From NCBI GenBank assembly GCA_027050205.1, contig JALUCS010000083.1, positions 3,036 through 67,035 of the forward strand: a DNA stretch of 64,000 bases, read 5' to 3'. The notes under the pieces are model-generated. The model was not told the origin of the DNA, did no database searches, and saw only the letters and a program-made list of their open reading frames with translations. Position numbers and translations under genes: made by a program. Shown piece after piece: positions 50,831-60,450 of the stretch. Numbering within the stretch: the first letter of the stretch is position 1; every line of letters starts with the position of its first letter. This stretch comes from a candidate division WOR-3 bacterium (lineage in GTDB: Bacteria > Hydrothermota > Hydrothermia > LBFQ01).

Positions 50831-51400
50831 TCATATTTCAAGGTAGTTAAAGGCTTGATGGTCCAGTCGCTTTAGGAGTTCTGCAGCTTCCTCTGGGGTT
50901 TCCGGGTAGGCTTCCTTCGCCAGGACGGCGACGGAGGAGAAGGGCATAGGGACCCTGAAGAAGTCCCAAGAGGGGAGGACGTACGCCGAGGAGAAGGCCA
51001 CACCGACAAAGACCATCCTGACCCCCAATCTGCGGGCGAGGAGTAGGGTATTCTCCTTGAAGTGCAGGGCGGGGCCGCGGGGTCCGTCCGGGGTGATGGC
51101 CACGTTCCACCCCTCCCTCACTGCCCTAACCACCCCCATCACACCCTTAAGTGGAGACTTGTACTGGGAGGACCATATCACGCCGAGACCTTTCCTCTGT
51201 ACCAACTCCCCTATCCTCCTCCCGTCCCGACTGGGGGATACCATAACCTTTATGGGTGAATCCCTGAAGATGTACGGCAATGGGAAGAGGTTCCGATGCC
51301 AGAAGAAGAAAACCGTAGGTTCCCCTTCCTTGAAAACCTCACCCACCACCCTCGCCCTGACGGTTGAGACCAGAAGGTCGTAGAGCCGGTACGCCTTCAC
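50831..51400 (-). CDS. DUF374-domain lysophospholipid acyltransferase family protein
   Basis: FWHRNL...MVSPSRDG...ITPDGPRGP matches the DUF374 pattern. Confidence 0.5.
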   Translation of the reverse strand: MKAYRLYDLLVSTVRARVVGEVFKEGEPTVFFFWHRNLFPLPYIFRDSPIKVMVSPSRDGRRIGELVQRKGLGVIWSSQYKSPLKGVMGVVRAVREGWNVAITPDGPRGPALHFKENTLLLARRLGVRMVFVGVAFSSAYVLPSWDFFRVPMPFSSVAVLAKEAYPETPEEAAELLKRLDHQAFNYLEI

Positions 51401-52503
51401 CCTTCCGAACCGAAGAGGGCAGCGAGATGCTCTGGGACGTCCCTAAGGACGTTGGCCTTTATCTCCTTCCACCTCCTACCCGTAAAGGACGCTATCTCCT
51501 CTTCGTACTGCTTATACACGTTCCGGATGAACTCGGCGTACTCGTCGGGGTAGGGGTTGGTAGGGTGGGCGAAGTTGAGGACACGGTCGTTTGCCATCTT
51601 GAATATTATCTCCCCCACCAACTTACGGGACTCCTTAACGAGTTCGTTGAAGGTGGCCTTTATGAGGGGAATGTCCGAGAAGTAGTACTTGAATATCGGT
51701 TCCATCTCCACTATCGGATAGGCATCAACGAGCCTCCCCTTCTTCTGGAACTCTTTCAACAGCTTGGAGGTTATGACGGGAGGGACGGCCGGCCTCATAA
51801 CCAACAGGAGGTTCTCCCCGTCCGATACGGCGAGGATCCTGTCCCCCGCCCCGAAGGACTCCAACGTTCCCTCGTGTTCGGTTATCCTCTCGTAGGTCCA
51901 ACTACCGGCGGGGGTATCAACGGCTATCTTGGTTAGGGCAAAGTATCCGGATAGGTAAGGTACGAAGTCCCCCTCAAGAACGTAGAAGTACGCCTTGTAG
52001 GCCCTCAACTCGTCCAAAAGTTCCGGCACCGAGAAGTCCTCGTCCGTGGGTCTCAAACCCACGAGGTGGCCCTCCACGAAGGCGGCGAGAATCGTACGTT
52101 TGTCCCTTGAGGGGAAAATTACCAGAGCAGTGCGTTCCTCCTTCTCCATTTCGGTTAAGAAATCGTAGAAGTTGGCCTCTATCACCTTCGGCTTGAGGGT
52201 GTCGTATATGGCCCTAACCTCAACCTTCTCTATGTCCTTCAACTTTATGTTGTGTAGCTCCGGTACGTCCCCCTCGTATATGGATACCTCGTAGGTCAGG
52301 ACGTCAAAGCTTTCAAGGGCCTTCAGGGCGGCCTTTCCCCGCAGGTCCCCGTACTCGGCGTACAGGATGGTCTCACCGCGGGTTAGGAGCCTCCCCTCCT
52401 CCGTACCGGCTTTTACCTTGAACTCCCAAACGAAGTCCCCCCCTATGTTTGCACTCGCCCGTATGGCTGTTAGGAGCGACGCAAAGTTTCCAACTTTCTT
52501 CAT
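51397..52503 (-). CDS. hypothetical protein with DUF4388-like N-terminal domain
   Basis: [25 protein letters not shown]...[27 protein letters not shown]...FDVLTYEV resembles the DUF4388/PATAN-like pattern. The rest is unrecognised. Confidence 0.35.
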   Translation of the reverse strand: MKKVGNFASLLTAIRASANIGGDFVWEFKVKAGTEEGRLLTRGETILYAEYGDLRGKAALKALESFDVLTYEVSIYEGDVPELHNIKLKDIEKVEVRAIYDTLKPKVIEANFYDFLTEMEKEERTALVIFPSRDKRTILAAFVEGHLVGLRPTDEDFSVPELLDELRAYKAYFYVLEGDFVPYLSGYFALTKIAVDTPAGSWTYERITEHEGTLESFGAGDRILAVSDGENLLLVMRPAVPPVITSKLLKEFQKKGRLVDAYPIVEMEPIFKYYFSDIPLIKATFNELVKESRKLVGEIIFKMANDRVLNFAHPTNPYPDEYAEFIRNVYKQYEEEIASFTGRRWKEIKANVLRDVPEHLAALFGSEG

Positions 52504-52913
52504 TCACCTATTATTTTAATCACGACGCGTTTGGGACGCTGGCCATCGTACTCAAAGTAGAAGATTTCCTGCCAAGGACCCAGGTCCAGGTCTCCGTTCG
52601 TTATGGGTAGGACTACCTGGAGGTGGGTTAGGAGGTTCTTCAGGTGGGCGTCGGCGTTGTCCTCGCCCGTGCGATGGTGTTTGTAGTCGGGGCGGTAGGG
52701 GGCGAGCCTCTCCAACCACTCCCACATATCCTCGTGCAGGCCGGACTCGTTGTCCTGTATGAGGACGGAGGCCGTGAGGTGCATGGCCGACACCAGGCAC
52801 AGGCCCTCCTTCACCCCGGACTCCCTCACGGCCTCCCTAACCTGCTCGGTTATATGCACCACGGCCCTGCGGGTGGGCGTGTTGAACCAGAGGTATTTGG
52901 TGTAGGTCTTCAT
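52500..52913 (-). CDS. yjbQ: YjbQ/UPF0047 family protein (secondary thiamine-phosphate synthase enzyme)
   Basis: AVVHITEQV...[30 protein letters not shown]...[25 protein letters not shown]. Confidence 0.8.
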   Translation of the reverse strand: MKTYTKYLWFNTPTRRAVVHITEQVREAVRESGVKEGLCLVSAMHLTASVLIQDNESGLHEDMWEWLERLAPYRPDYKHHRTGEDNADAHLKNLLTHLQVVLPITNGDLDLGPWQEIFYFEYDGQRPKRVVIKIIGE

Positions 52914-54082
52914 ACCTCTACGTACTCCACCCAGCCGTAGGGATCCTCTACCTTGCCCCGTGCTATTCCGGTGTACCTTTCCCTTATCTTTAGGGTGACC
53001 GGTCCGGGCTTTCCATCGCCTACGGGTATCCCATCCACGCTCCTTATGGGGGTGACCTCTGCGGCCGTACCGGTGAAGAAGACCTCGTCGGCTATGTAGA
53101 GCATCTCCCTCGGTATCATAGTCTCAATGACAGGGTAGCCGAGGTCCTTTGCTATGCGTATGACGGAGTCCCTCGTTATGCCGGGGAGGATGGAGGCGGA
53201 GAGGGGCGGGGTGTAGATGGTGGCCTTCGTGGGATCCCCGTCCTCGTACATCACGACGAAGACGTTCTCGCCGGTGCCTTCGGCGACGTGACCGGAGACG
53301 GTTAGCTGGATGCTCTCCACGGGCAGGAGGAGGTCGTCAAGTCCGAGGGATAGGTCGACCTTTTCGTAGTTCTTTTCCCTCGCCTTATTGATAGCATCTT
53401 TAACCTTGCCGGCTACGTCCTTGTCCCTGAACATAGCCGAGAGGACGGCCTCCATCTTGGCGAGCTGGCCCGTGGCGTAGTTGGAGGCTCCCTTGGCCAT
53501 GAACGGAGTGGTGCTGGGGGCGTTCTTGGCCCACGCCGAGGTTATGACGTCCGCACCCCTCTCTATGGCCGTCGTACCGAGGTAGTCGTCCCACAGGAAG
53601 GTGGCGATGAACCACTCAACGGGGTTGTTCAGGGGGTTGACGCCGAGGGGTGGGCTAAGGATAGGGTCCTCCTTCACATCGTAGCCCCGGTAGATGACGG
53701 GCCTTATATACACGAAGGGGTTCGCCATCTTCCCCTCTTCCTTCACCTTTTTAGCCTTCCGGTAGAGGTCGTTCTCACGGATGAGGTCCTTCGTTATCTC
53801 CATAAAGCGGGTGATCAGGTCCTCCGTCTTCACCCTTCCCTCCTTCTTGAGGTCTTCGGGGGCGTAGTCTTCGGGGAGCATCCGGTATATCTTGGCGGAG
53901 CGGATGAGGCGACGGTAGTGGTCCCTACCCCTGAAGATGGCGACGCCCTTGTCGGTTACGTAGCCCCTTATACCCTCAAAGACGCCGCTGCTGTAGTGTA
54001 TGACGTGCGATAGGACGTGGATCTTGGCTTTGTCCCAGTCAACGTAGTCGGCCTCGACCTTGCCTCCCTCTACGCGGTACAT
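52910..54082 (-). CDS. ilvE: branched-chain amino-acid aminotransferase (class IV) with internal insertion
   Basis: [28 protein letters not shown] at the N-terminus and [31 protein letters not shown] at the C-terminus. Start taken at MYRVEGGK. An extra ~50-60 aa Lys/Glu-rich segment follows residue ~80. Confidence 0.8.
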   Translation of the reverse strand: MYRVEGGKVEADYVDWDKAKIHVLSHVIHYSSGVFEGIRGYVTDKGVAIFRGRDHYRRLIRSAKIYRMLPEDYAPEDLKKEGRVKTEDLITRFMEITKDLIRENDLYRKAKKVKEEGKMANPFVYIRPVIYRGYDVKEDPILSPPLGVNPLNNPVEWFIATFLWDDYLGTTAIERGADVITSAWAKNAPSTTPFMAKGASNYATGQLAKMEAVLSAMFRDKDVAGKVKDAINKAREKNYEKVDLSLGLDDLLLPVESIQLTVSGHVAEGTGENVFVVMYEDGDPTKATIYTPPLSASILPGITRDSVIRIAKDLGYPVIETMIPREMLYIADEVFFTGTAAEVTPIRSVDGIPVGDGKPGPVTLKIRERYTGIARGKVEDPYGWVEYVEV

Positions 54083-54208
54083 GTATATGCATCTCTTGCT
54101 ACAGCATTTGGATCTGGTCATCCGTCTTGTATTCTAAGGTCGTACTCCAAACTCAACCGCATCCTCCCCTTCAAAGGCTTTTCAACGTTCGTACGTAGAA
54201 TAGTATCC

Positions 54209-55000
54209 GTGCATCTCCTAAGATTAATCCGTCCTGCCAACGCCCTCCTATCCTCGTTGGTCGTCCTGACGGCCTGTCACCTGTCCTACTGCCTCGCCGG
54301 GAAGCCCCTCCACCTTATGTTAGGAGCCTTTTTCATTACAGCCTTCATAAACGTGACCAACGACCTCTTGGACGTACCGGAGGACACCCTGAACCACCCG
54401 GAGCGGCCCCTCCCGTCCGGGAGGGTGTCGGAGGAGCAGGCTTGGGTTCTGGCAATCACCCTCCTCTTCTTCGCCCTCTACGTGTCCTACCACCATTCCC
54501 CTTGGGTTTTGGCGGTCGGCTCCCTTGCTATGTTCCTCGCCCTCCTCTACAACTACTACCTTAAGGCCCTACCCTTTCTGGGCAACCTCACGGTGGCCAC
54601 CGTCGTAGCCCTGGCCTTCCTGTACGGCAGTGGGGGATACCTCCTCCACAGGGTCCTCCCCGCCGCCCTCCTCGGCGGCTACCTCCATCTCATAAGGGAG
54701 TTCGTAAAGAGCCTTCAGGATATGCGGGGGGACGCACCGTACAGACGCACGGTCGCCCACGTCCTGGGGGAGGGGCCAACGCGGAGGTTAGTATTCTTCG
54801 GCCTGATAATTCTTCCCTTACTCTCCGTCCTCCCCGTCTTCGTTGGCTACTCTTACCTCTACGTCGTATCCGTCCTCCTTTTGGTCGGTTTCCCCGCCCT
54901 CCTCACCTCTCCCCTCGTCTTCTATGGGCGCTATCGCCTCCTCTCGTCCATCCTCAAGGTCCTGACGGCCCTCGCCCTCGTATCCCTGTGGGTGGCTTAG
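54209..55000 (+). CDS. UbiA-family prenyltransferase
   Basis: Prenyltransferase-like N-terminus LLRLIRPANALLSSLVVL. Motif NVTNDLLDVPEDTLNHPERPLPSGRVS (NDxxDxxxD). Polytopic membrane protein. I propose a GTG start at 54209, because the ORF-track ATG at 54017 overlaps ilvE. Confidence 0.7.
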   Translation: MHLLRLIRPANALLSSLVVLTACHLSYCLAGKPLHLMLGAFFITAFINVTNDLLDVPEDTLNHPERPLPSGRVSEEQAWVLAITLLFFALYVSYHHSPWVLAVGSLAMFLALLYNYYLKALPFLGNLTVATVVALAFLYGSGGYLLHRVLPAALLGGYLHLIREFVKSLQDMRGDAPYRRTVAHVLGEGPTRRLVFFGLIILPLLSVLPVFVGYSYLYVVSVLLLVGFPALLTSPLVFYGRYRLLSSILKVLTALALVSLWVA

Positions 55001-55036
55001 GGAAAGGGGTCTTGAAGAGATAGCCGTACTTCGCCG

Positions 55037-55180
55037 TTGCAAGATTTTGAACGGCATTCCTGCGGCACATTGTGGAGGATTGGAGGTGAGGGCGATTGAC
55101 GGAGGCCACTTCAAAAACTGCAAGCCGGACTTTATTTTATAAAATCGTAAGTCGCACTTTAAGATCCTTAATCCACATAA
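55037..55180 (+). repeat. Copy 2 of the conserved AT-rich intergenic element (see 2452-2675)
   Basis: Same ordered boxes as copy 1. It lies between the UbiA-like gene and the transposase fragment. Confidence 0.6.
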
Positions 55181-55385
55181 AACGACCCAAGGCCCGTAAT
55201 CGGTGAGGGTTGTTACGATCCCGCAAGTCCGGGGACATAGTGGTATAACCTTCATAATTTCGCAATTTTATGGGGTAATTGTTGAGATATTGCAGAAATT
55301 AACGGGAATACTGCTATCAAAGTCTAAATCACATCTACAGAAATCCGCATTACACGGCATCGCACCGCGCGACCGGACGTACCCG

Positions 55386-55790
55386 TTACCCCCTACTCCT
55401 TCTCCCTACGCTCTTTACCCCTATCCGCCTCATCAACTTCCAGGCCCCTATGTAGCTGTACTCCACCCCGAACTCTTTCCTTATCAACTCTATCACCTCC
55501 TTGGGCGTCCAACGGTCCTTCGCCTTCAGAAGTTCCTTCAACCTCTCCTCGTCCTCCTCGCTCAACTTCCTCCTCTTCCCTTGGTTTCCTTCCGCCCTCC
55601 TGTCCCTCAACCCCTCTATCCCCTCCTCCCTGTACCTCCTCTTCCACTCGTATATCGTCCTCTCCCCTATCCCCAACTCCTTCGCCACCTCCTTTACCTT
55701 CATCTTACCGCTCTCAACCAGATACACTATCACCGCCCTTACCTTTATGTCGTTTTTATTCTCTCGGATGAACTTCACCAGGTCCTCCAT
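55386..55790 (-). mobile_element. IS630/Tc1-family transposase N-terminal (HTH) fragment; DDE domain absent, likely degraded IS remnant
   Basis: MEDLVKFIRENKND...KVKEVAKELGIGERTIYEWKRRYREEGIEGLRDR...WTPKEVIELIRKEFGVEYSYIGAWKLMRRIG, the typical OrfA/HTH_Tnp_IS630 region. No catalytic domain follows. Confidence 0.6.
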
Positions 55791-55855
55791 CTCAACCCTC
55801 TATTCTAAACCCGTAATGCATCCTTGTGAGAAGAAGGCCGTTTATGGGGAGGGAG

Positions 55856-56494
55856 TTACCCTCCCTCCGTACGCCCCTCCCTCTTGAAGAGGACGTAGGA
55901 GTAGGCCACCGCCACCACGACCAGAAACACCGCCCCGCCGATTATCACGCCCACCATGAGAGTAGGGGAGACGAGGGAGGCGAGGCCGATGAGGAGGCCG
56001 TAGAGGACGAAGAGGACACCGAATAGCCTGTGGGTCTTCCTCCAGACCCTCTCCGAGGCCAGAGTCCAGGGGGTACGCACACCGAGGAACCAGTTGTGGG
56101 GCAGTTTAGGTAGGTAGTTCCCCAGGAGGACCATAAGGAGGGCGACGAATAGGCCGATGTACCACGGCTCCAACCTCCCCCTGAAGGCCGCGAGGACGAC
56201 CAGACCGTTGAGTACGGCGAAAAGTACGACCGTTATGTCCCTGACCGTACGGACGGTTCCGAGCCTCTCCCTGACCCTCTCCGAGTAGGGGTCAAACTTC
56301 GGTAGGTAGGTCATAAGGGCGTATATGGCCACCATCACCGCCGGCAGGAGAAGGAGGAAGAACTTGCTGCCGTAAGAGTCCGGTTCCCCCTCAACGTTGA
56401 AGTGTATGGGTACGACGGGCGGCAGTACCGCCACCGCCCAAAGGCTCAAACCCACCGAAAGCACCATAAAGGCGAGTGCTATCTTCCTAAGCAT
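55856..56494 (-). CDS. SdpI/YhfL-family membrane protein (DUF1648 + SdpI)
   Basis: GVRTPWTLASERVWRKTHR motif, 5-6 TM helices, immediately downstream of an ArsR-family regulator as in sdpR-sdpI. Confidence 0.6.
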   Translation of the reverse strand: MLRKIALAFMVLSVGLSLWAVAVLPPVVPIHFNVEGEPDSYGSKFFLLLLPAVMVAIYALMTYLPKFDPYSERVRERLGTVRTVRDITVVLFAVLNGLVVLAAFRGRLEPWYIGLFVALLMVLLGNYLPKLPHNWFLGVRTPWTLASERVWRKTHRLFGVLFVLYGLLIGLASLVSPTLMVGVIIGGAVFLVVVAVAYSYVLFKREGRTEGG

Positions 56495-56759
56495 GGTCCT
56501 TACCTCCCTTTAGCTTCATAAAGAACTCAATCGCCATCTCTAAGACCCCCATATCTAACGAATAGACCACGTTCCTGCCCCGCTTTACGGCTATGACGAT
56601 GCCGGCACGGGTGAGGCGGTCCATGTGGTAGGAGAGGGAGGGTTGGGATATTCCGAGCCTCTCCCTTAGCTCCTTCTGGGTCAGGTCCCCATCCTTCAGG
56701 ATCTCCACGATCTTCAGGCGGACGGGGTCGGAGAGGGCGGCGAAGACCTCCTTAAGCAT
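56487..56759 (-). CDS. ArsR/SmtB-family transcriptional regulator (SdpR-like)
   Basis: LSDPVRLKIVEILKDGDLTQKELRERLGISQPSLSYHMDRLTRAGIV HTH. Confidence 0.85.
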   Translation of the reverse strand: MLKEVFAALSDPVRLKIVEILKDGDLTQKELRERLGISQPSLSYHMDRLTRAGIVIAVKRGRNVVYSLDMGVLEMAIEFFMKLKGGKDHA

Positions 56760-57606
56760 CCTTCCTTCTCAACAGGTAGAGGGCCAAGTTGAGGGCGGAG
56801 AGGACGAGGAGGCCGCTAAGACCGGTTATGCCGACGGTCAGGTCGTTCCCACCCCTCAAGAAGAGGAGGTCAAACCCGCCTACGCCGTTGAGGGTGCCGT
56901 GGAAGATGGCCGCCGCGAGGGTAGACCTCGCCTTCTCCCGTATATAGAACATCAGGGGACTCAACAGGGTGGTGAACAGGACCATCATAAAGACGCCGGG
57001 GACGGGATGAATGGGGTAGTTGTGGCCCTTCAGGATCAGGGGGGCGTGCCATAGACCCCAGAGGACGCCGACGGTGTAGGACATCCTCCAGAAGCCCATT
57101 TCCTTAAACTCGGAGTACAGGAAACCCCGCCAGCCCACCTCCTCGCCGAAGGAGACGATGGCGTTTATCGTAATCCCGGCCACCATACCGTAGAGGAAGA
57201 GGGTTATCAGCATCGGGACGGTGAGGGTGCTTACGGCCTCCTTAACGCTGCCGAGGTCTTGAGGGGAGACCGTCCGGCTCAACCTCTGGAGGAGGGCGTC
57301 GCTGTGGGGCGATAGGCTAACACCGGGCATTAGGAGGTCCACAAGGAACGTCAAGAGTACGACGAAGGGGGGAAGGAGCCAGGCCACCAGCCACCAGGCG
57401 TTGGGGTTGAAGCGGAGGCCGAGATCCGGCAGGGGGTGGCGGAGGACCTTGAGGGTCAGGACGGCGAGGGTGGGGCCGAACATATAGGCGGTGGAGACGA
57501 AGAGGAGGGCAGAGGGAGGGAGGTGGAAGACGTACAGTGCGGATGCCACCGACCAACTGTACGCAAAGGCCAGAGTCAGGAAGAGGAGCGTCCCTTTCCT
57601 CATCAC
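56752..57606 (-). CDS. CPBP (CAAX protease/Abi) family intramembrane metalloprotease
   Basis: EEVGWRGFLYSEF (EExxxR) plus FHGTLN (FxxxH-like) motifs, polytopic. Confidence 0.75.
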   Translation of the reverse strand: MMRKGTLLFLTLAFAYSWSVASALYVFHLPPSALLFVSTAYMFGPTLAVLTLKVLRHPLPDLGLRFNPNAWWLVAWLLPPFVVLLTFLVDLLMPGVSLSPHSDALLQRLSRTVSPQDLGSVKEAVSTLTVPMLITLFLYGMVAGITINAIVSFGEEVGWRGFLYSEFKEMGFWRMSYTVGVLWGLWHAPLILKGHNYPIHPVPGVFMMVLFTTLLSPLMFYIREKARSTLAAAIFHGTLNGVGGFDLLFLRGGNDLTVGITGLSGLLVLSALNLALYLLRRKDA

Positions 57607-57765
57607 CCGGTATTATAAGGGGGAAACATAAACGTATAATGATGTGTTTATATAAAGACCCCCCGCCGCAATCCCCAGTAGAATATCCACACGGATGGCC
57701 GCCCGGAAGATGCACTCCCTGACCGCATCCCCCATCCTCCTTGGCCCAACGGATGGAGGGGAGAT

Positions 57766-58512
57766 ATGAGGTTGAGCCTCGTCATACCCGTCTATAACGA
57801 GAGGGAGTTCTTCCCCCTCCTCTTTCGCAAGGTCTATGAGATGGACTTCGGCCTGCCCAAGGAGATAGTGGTGGTGGACGACTTCTCCACCGATGGGACG
57901 AGGGAGTACATAAGGGAGAACGTAGAGGGCCTTGAGGGGGTGAAGGTGATATACCACGAGAGGAACAGGGGAAAGGGGGCGGCCCTACATACGGCCTTCG
58001 CCCATGCCACGGGCGACATAATCGCCATACAGGACGCCGACCTTGAGTACGACCCGGCCGACCTGATCCCTATGATCAAGCTCATAACCGACGGCTACGC
58101 CGACGTCGTCTACGGCTCCCGCTTCTACGGGAACCCCCACCGCATCCTCTACCACCACCACTTCATGGGCAACAAGCTCATCTCCTTCCTCGTAAACGTC
58201 TTCAGCGATATGACCTTCTCCGACATTGAGGTGTGCTACAAGGTCTTCAAGCGGGAGGTCCTGGACTACTTTGACCTCACCCTGACGGACTTCGGCTTTG
58301 AGGTGGAGTTCACGATGAAGGTCTCCAAGACGGCCAAATACACCAACTGGCGGATATACGAGATGGGTATCAGCTACCACGGGCGTACGTACGCCGAGGG
58401 AAAGAAGATCAACTGGAAGGACGGGGTCAAGGCCCTCTTCTACATCCTCCGCTTCGCCTTCTGGAAGCCAAAGCTGAAGGACGGGAAACCCGTAAAGGTA
58501 AAGGGAGGTTGA
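57766..58512 (+). CDS. family 2 glycosyltransferase (polyprenyl-phosphate sugar transferase-like)
   Basis: LSLVIPVYNE...VVDDFSTDGT...IQDADLEYDP (GT-A DxD). Confidence 0.8.
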   Translation: MRLSLVIPVYNEREFFPLLFRKVYEMDFGLPKEIVVVDDFSTDGTREYIRENVEGLEGVKVIYHERNRGKGAALHTAFAHATGDIIAIQDADLEYDPADLIPMIKLITDGYADVVYGSRFYGNPHRILYHHHFMGNKLISFLVNVFSDMTFSDIEVCYKVFKREVLDYFDLTLTDFGFEVEFTMKVSKTAKYTNWRIYEMGISYHGRTYAEGKKINWKDGVKALFYILRFAFWKPKLKDGKPVKVKGG

Positions 58513-58817
58513 GGATGAGGAAGGCGATAGTTGCCGTCAGCATCGCCCCCCTTGGCGAGGGTCCCAGCGTCTCCGACTACGTCGCGGAGGCCATAAGGGT
58601 CCTGAAGGAGGACGGCAGGGTGGAGTGGGAGCTGGGGCCGATGTGTACGACCATCTGGGGGGACCCGGCGGTGATATTTGATGTCATATTGAAGATGCAG
58701 GAGGCTATGTTCCGGAAGGGGGCGGTGCGGGTAAGCACCGTAATAAAGATGGACGAGAGGAGGGACAAGGAGTTGGATCCGAAGAAGAAGGTGGAGTCGG
58801 TGATGAAGAAGGTGTGA
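58509..58817 (+). CDS. MTH1187/YkoF family (thiamine-binding-like) protein
   Basis: AIVAVSIAPLGEGPSVSDYVAEAIRVLK...RVSTVIKMDERRDK pattern of DUF77. Confidence 0.65.
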   Translation: MRMRKAIVAVSIAPLGEGPSVSDYVAEAIRVLKEDGRVEWELGPMCTTIWGDPAVIFDVILKMQEAMFRKGAVRVSTVIKMDERRDKELDPKKKVESVMKKV

Positions 58818-58827
58818 GGGTCGCGGA

Positions 58828-59559
58828 TCACCGGATTAGGTGGAGGAGGCCCCTCTTTATGAGCCTCCTTACCAGTTCCGGGGTTTGAGGGTCGGCCGGA
58901 TAACCGCTCGCCGGGGGTATGTCCCCCTCCAGACCGACCGCCCTGTTTACGGCCAGCATATGGACCTCCCTGAAGTACTTGGCGAAGATGGAAGCCAGGG
59001 CGACCTCCTTCCACTTAACGTCCGCCCCCTTTACGAACCTTATCTCCTGCTCCCCCTTCCTGTAGGATACTCCCCCATCCTCCGGGAACCTCTCCCATCC
59101 GGGGAGGAAACGGCCGTAGTACTTCACCCCTCCCGCGAGGCCGCTTATCACCCTCTTGCATCCCAGGCGGAGGGCTACGTCGGCGAGGGCGGAGGCATCC
59201 TTCAAAAAGCGATGGCTACGGAGGTGGTTGGCGGGTATCTCCACGGCCACCAACCTATGCACCTTGAAGGGAAGGTTGCCAACGGTGGCGGAGAAGACGG
59301 GGAGGGTTAGACCCTCGTATAGATCCGACGTCCTCCCGAACACCCAACGCCACATATCCATAACCGTGTCGCCCCGGAAACCGAGTCCCCGGAGGGCGGA
59401 CAGGACTACACCTTCGGCCCTTGAGTAGGTCCTAAGGCTCCTCCTAAAGACCTCCTTGCTGTCCCTTACGTCCCTTAGCTCCCCGGAGACCGCTACCCCC
59501 ACGACAAAAAGGGACCCGACCTTCGGGCCGAGGCCAGCCTCGTCTATGCCGCACCTCAT
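58828..59559 (-). CDS. RNase HII-like protein (divergent, with long internal insertion)
   Basis: N-terminal GIDEAGLGP and DSKE, and C-terminal ASIFAKYFRE...SGYPADP, in RNase HII order. The ~120-aa middle segment is unrecognised. Confidence 0.4.
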   Translation of the reverse strand: MRCGIDEAGLGPKVGSLFVVGVAVSGELRDVRDSKEVFRRSLRTYSRAEGVVLSALRGLGFRGDTVMDMWRWVFGRTSDLYEGLTLPVFSATVGNLPFKVHRLVAVEIPANHLRSHRFLKDASALADVALRLGCKRVISGLAGGVKYYGRFLPGWERFPEDGGVSYRKGEQEIRFVKGADVKWKEVALASIFAKYFREVHMLAVNRAVGLEGDIPPASGYPADPQTPELVRRLIKRGLLHLIR

Positions 59560-60446
59560 AGGAAGTCGCCGATGTCGGGTTTGACGTACTCTTCTACCCC
59601 CCTCTCAAACTCCTCCATTACCTGTCTCCACTCCGCCCGGTTTATGACCTTGGCCTCCGCCCACGAACCGTAGATCTGCCCTGCGTGAAAGGCCATACCC
59701 ACTCCGAGGGAGGCCAGGGCCGGGACGTCCCTATGCTCCTTGAAGTGGTAGTACGAGGCCAGGGCGTAGAAACCCCCGACGAACAGGAACCCCATAAAGG
59801 CCGTCCCCTTGTCTCCGATGTACAGCCTCCCCAGACCGGGGATAATGGACAGGAGAGCAGCCACCGTAGGGGACTTGAGGTTCGGGGGTTGCAGGTAGGA
59901 CTCAAGGGGCGTTCCGACGATGACTTTCCTTGCCCCCTTCCAATCCCCCTTGCCCAACTTCATCCACGCTATCAGGACCCTCCTCTGAAGAGACTTACGG
60001 GGCATCTCGGACAGCTCGGAGTAGAAGGCTACGGTATCCCCGAGGTAGAGGTACAGTTTTGCCAACTCGTAGTGCGCCCAAACCTGTCCTTTCCGTCCCT
60101 CCTCTATGTGCCGCTTCAGAAGTTTTTCCGCTGACTCGTACATACCGGCTAACTTGTAGTTGTAGCCCGCCATAAAGTGGGCGTAGTCGGCGCTATCACT
60201 GTTCGGGAAGAGGGTAACGAACCGGAGGTACTCCACGGCCGCCTCCCTGTACTTTCCCCTCCTCTGTAGGTCCTCGGCGAAGGATAGGACCTCCTTGGCC
60301 CGTACCACCTTGACCTCCCTCTCCATCTCCTTGAGCATCCGCTCTATCTCCTCCGGAGGAAGCTGGTCGCAGGTACAGGGTTGGAGGCTGTCCGCCGTTC
60401 CGCTCTGCCCTCCGGAAGCCTCTAAAAGGAGTGTCAGGAGAAACAT
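59556..60446 (-). CDS. TPR-like repeat protein with C-terminal membrane segment (hypothetical)
   Basis: Signal-like N-terminus, helical repeat region, and hydrophobic GFLFVGGFYALASYY. Confidence 0.35.
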   Translation of the reverse strand: MFLLTLLLEASGGQSGTADSLQPCTCDQLPPEEIERMLKEMEREVKVVRAKEVLSFAEDLQRRGKYREAAVEYLRFVTLFPNSDSADYAHFMAGYNYKLAGMYESAEKLLKRHIEEGRKGQVWAHYELAKLYLYLGDTVAFYSELSEMPRKSLQRRVLIAWMKLGKGDWKGARKVIVGTPLESYLQPPNLKSPTVAALLSIIPGLGRLYIGDKGTAFMGFLFVGGFYALASYYHFKEHRDVPALASLGVGMAFHAGQIYGSWAEAKVINRAEWRQVMEEFERGVEEYVKPDIGDFL

Positions 60447-60450
60447 GAGG

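Noticed and set aside
54017-54208. ATG-initiated N-terminal extension of the UbiA-like ORF
   Set aside because: It overlaps the 5' end of ilvE on the opposite strand and has non-protein-like composition. The conserved prenyltransferase N-terminus begins at a GTG at 54209.
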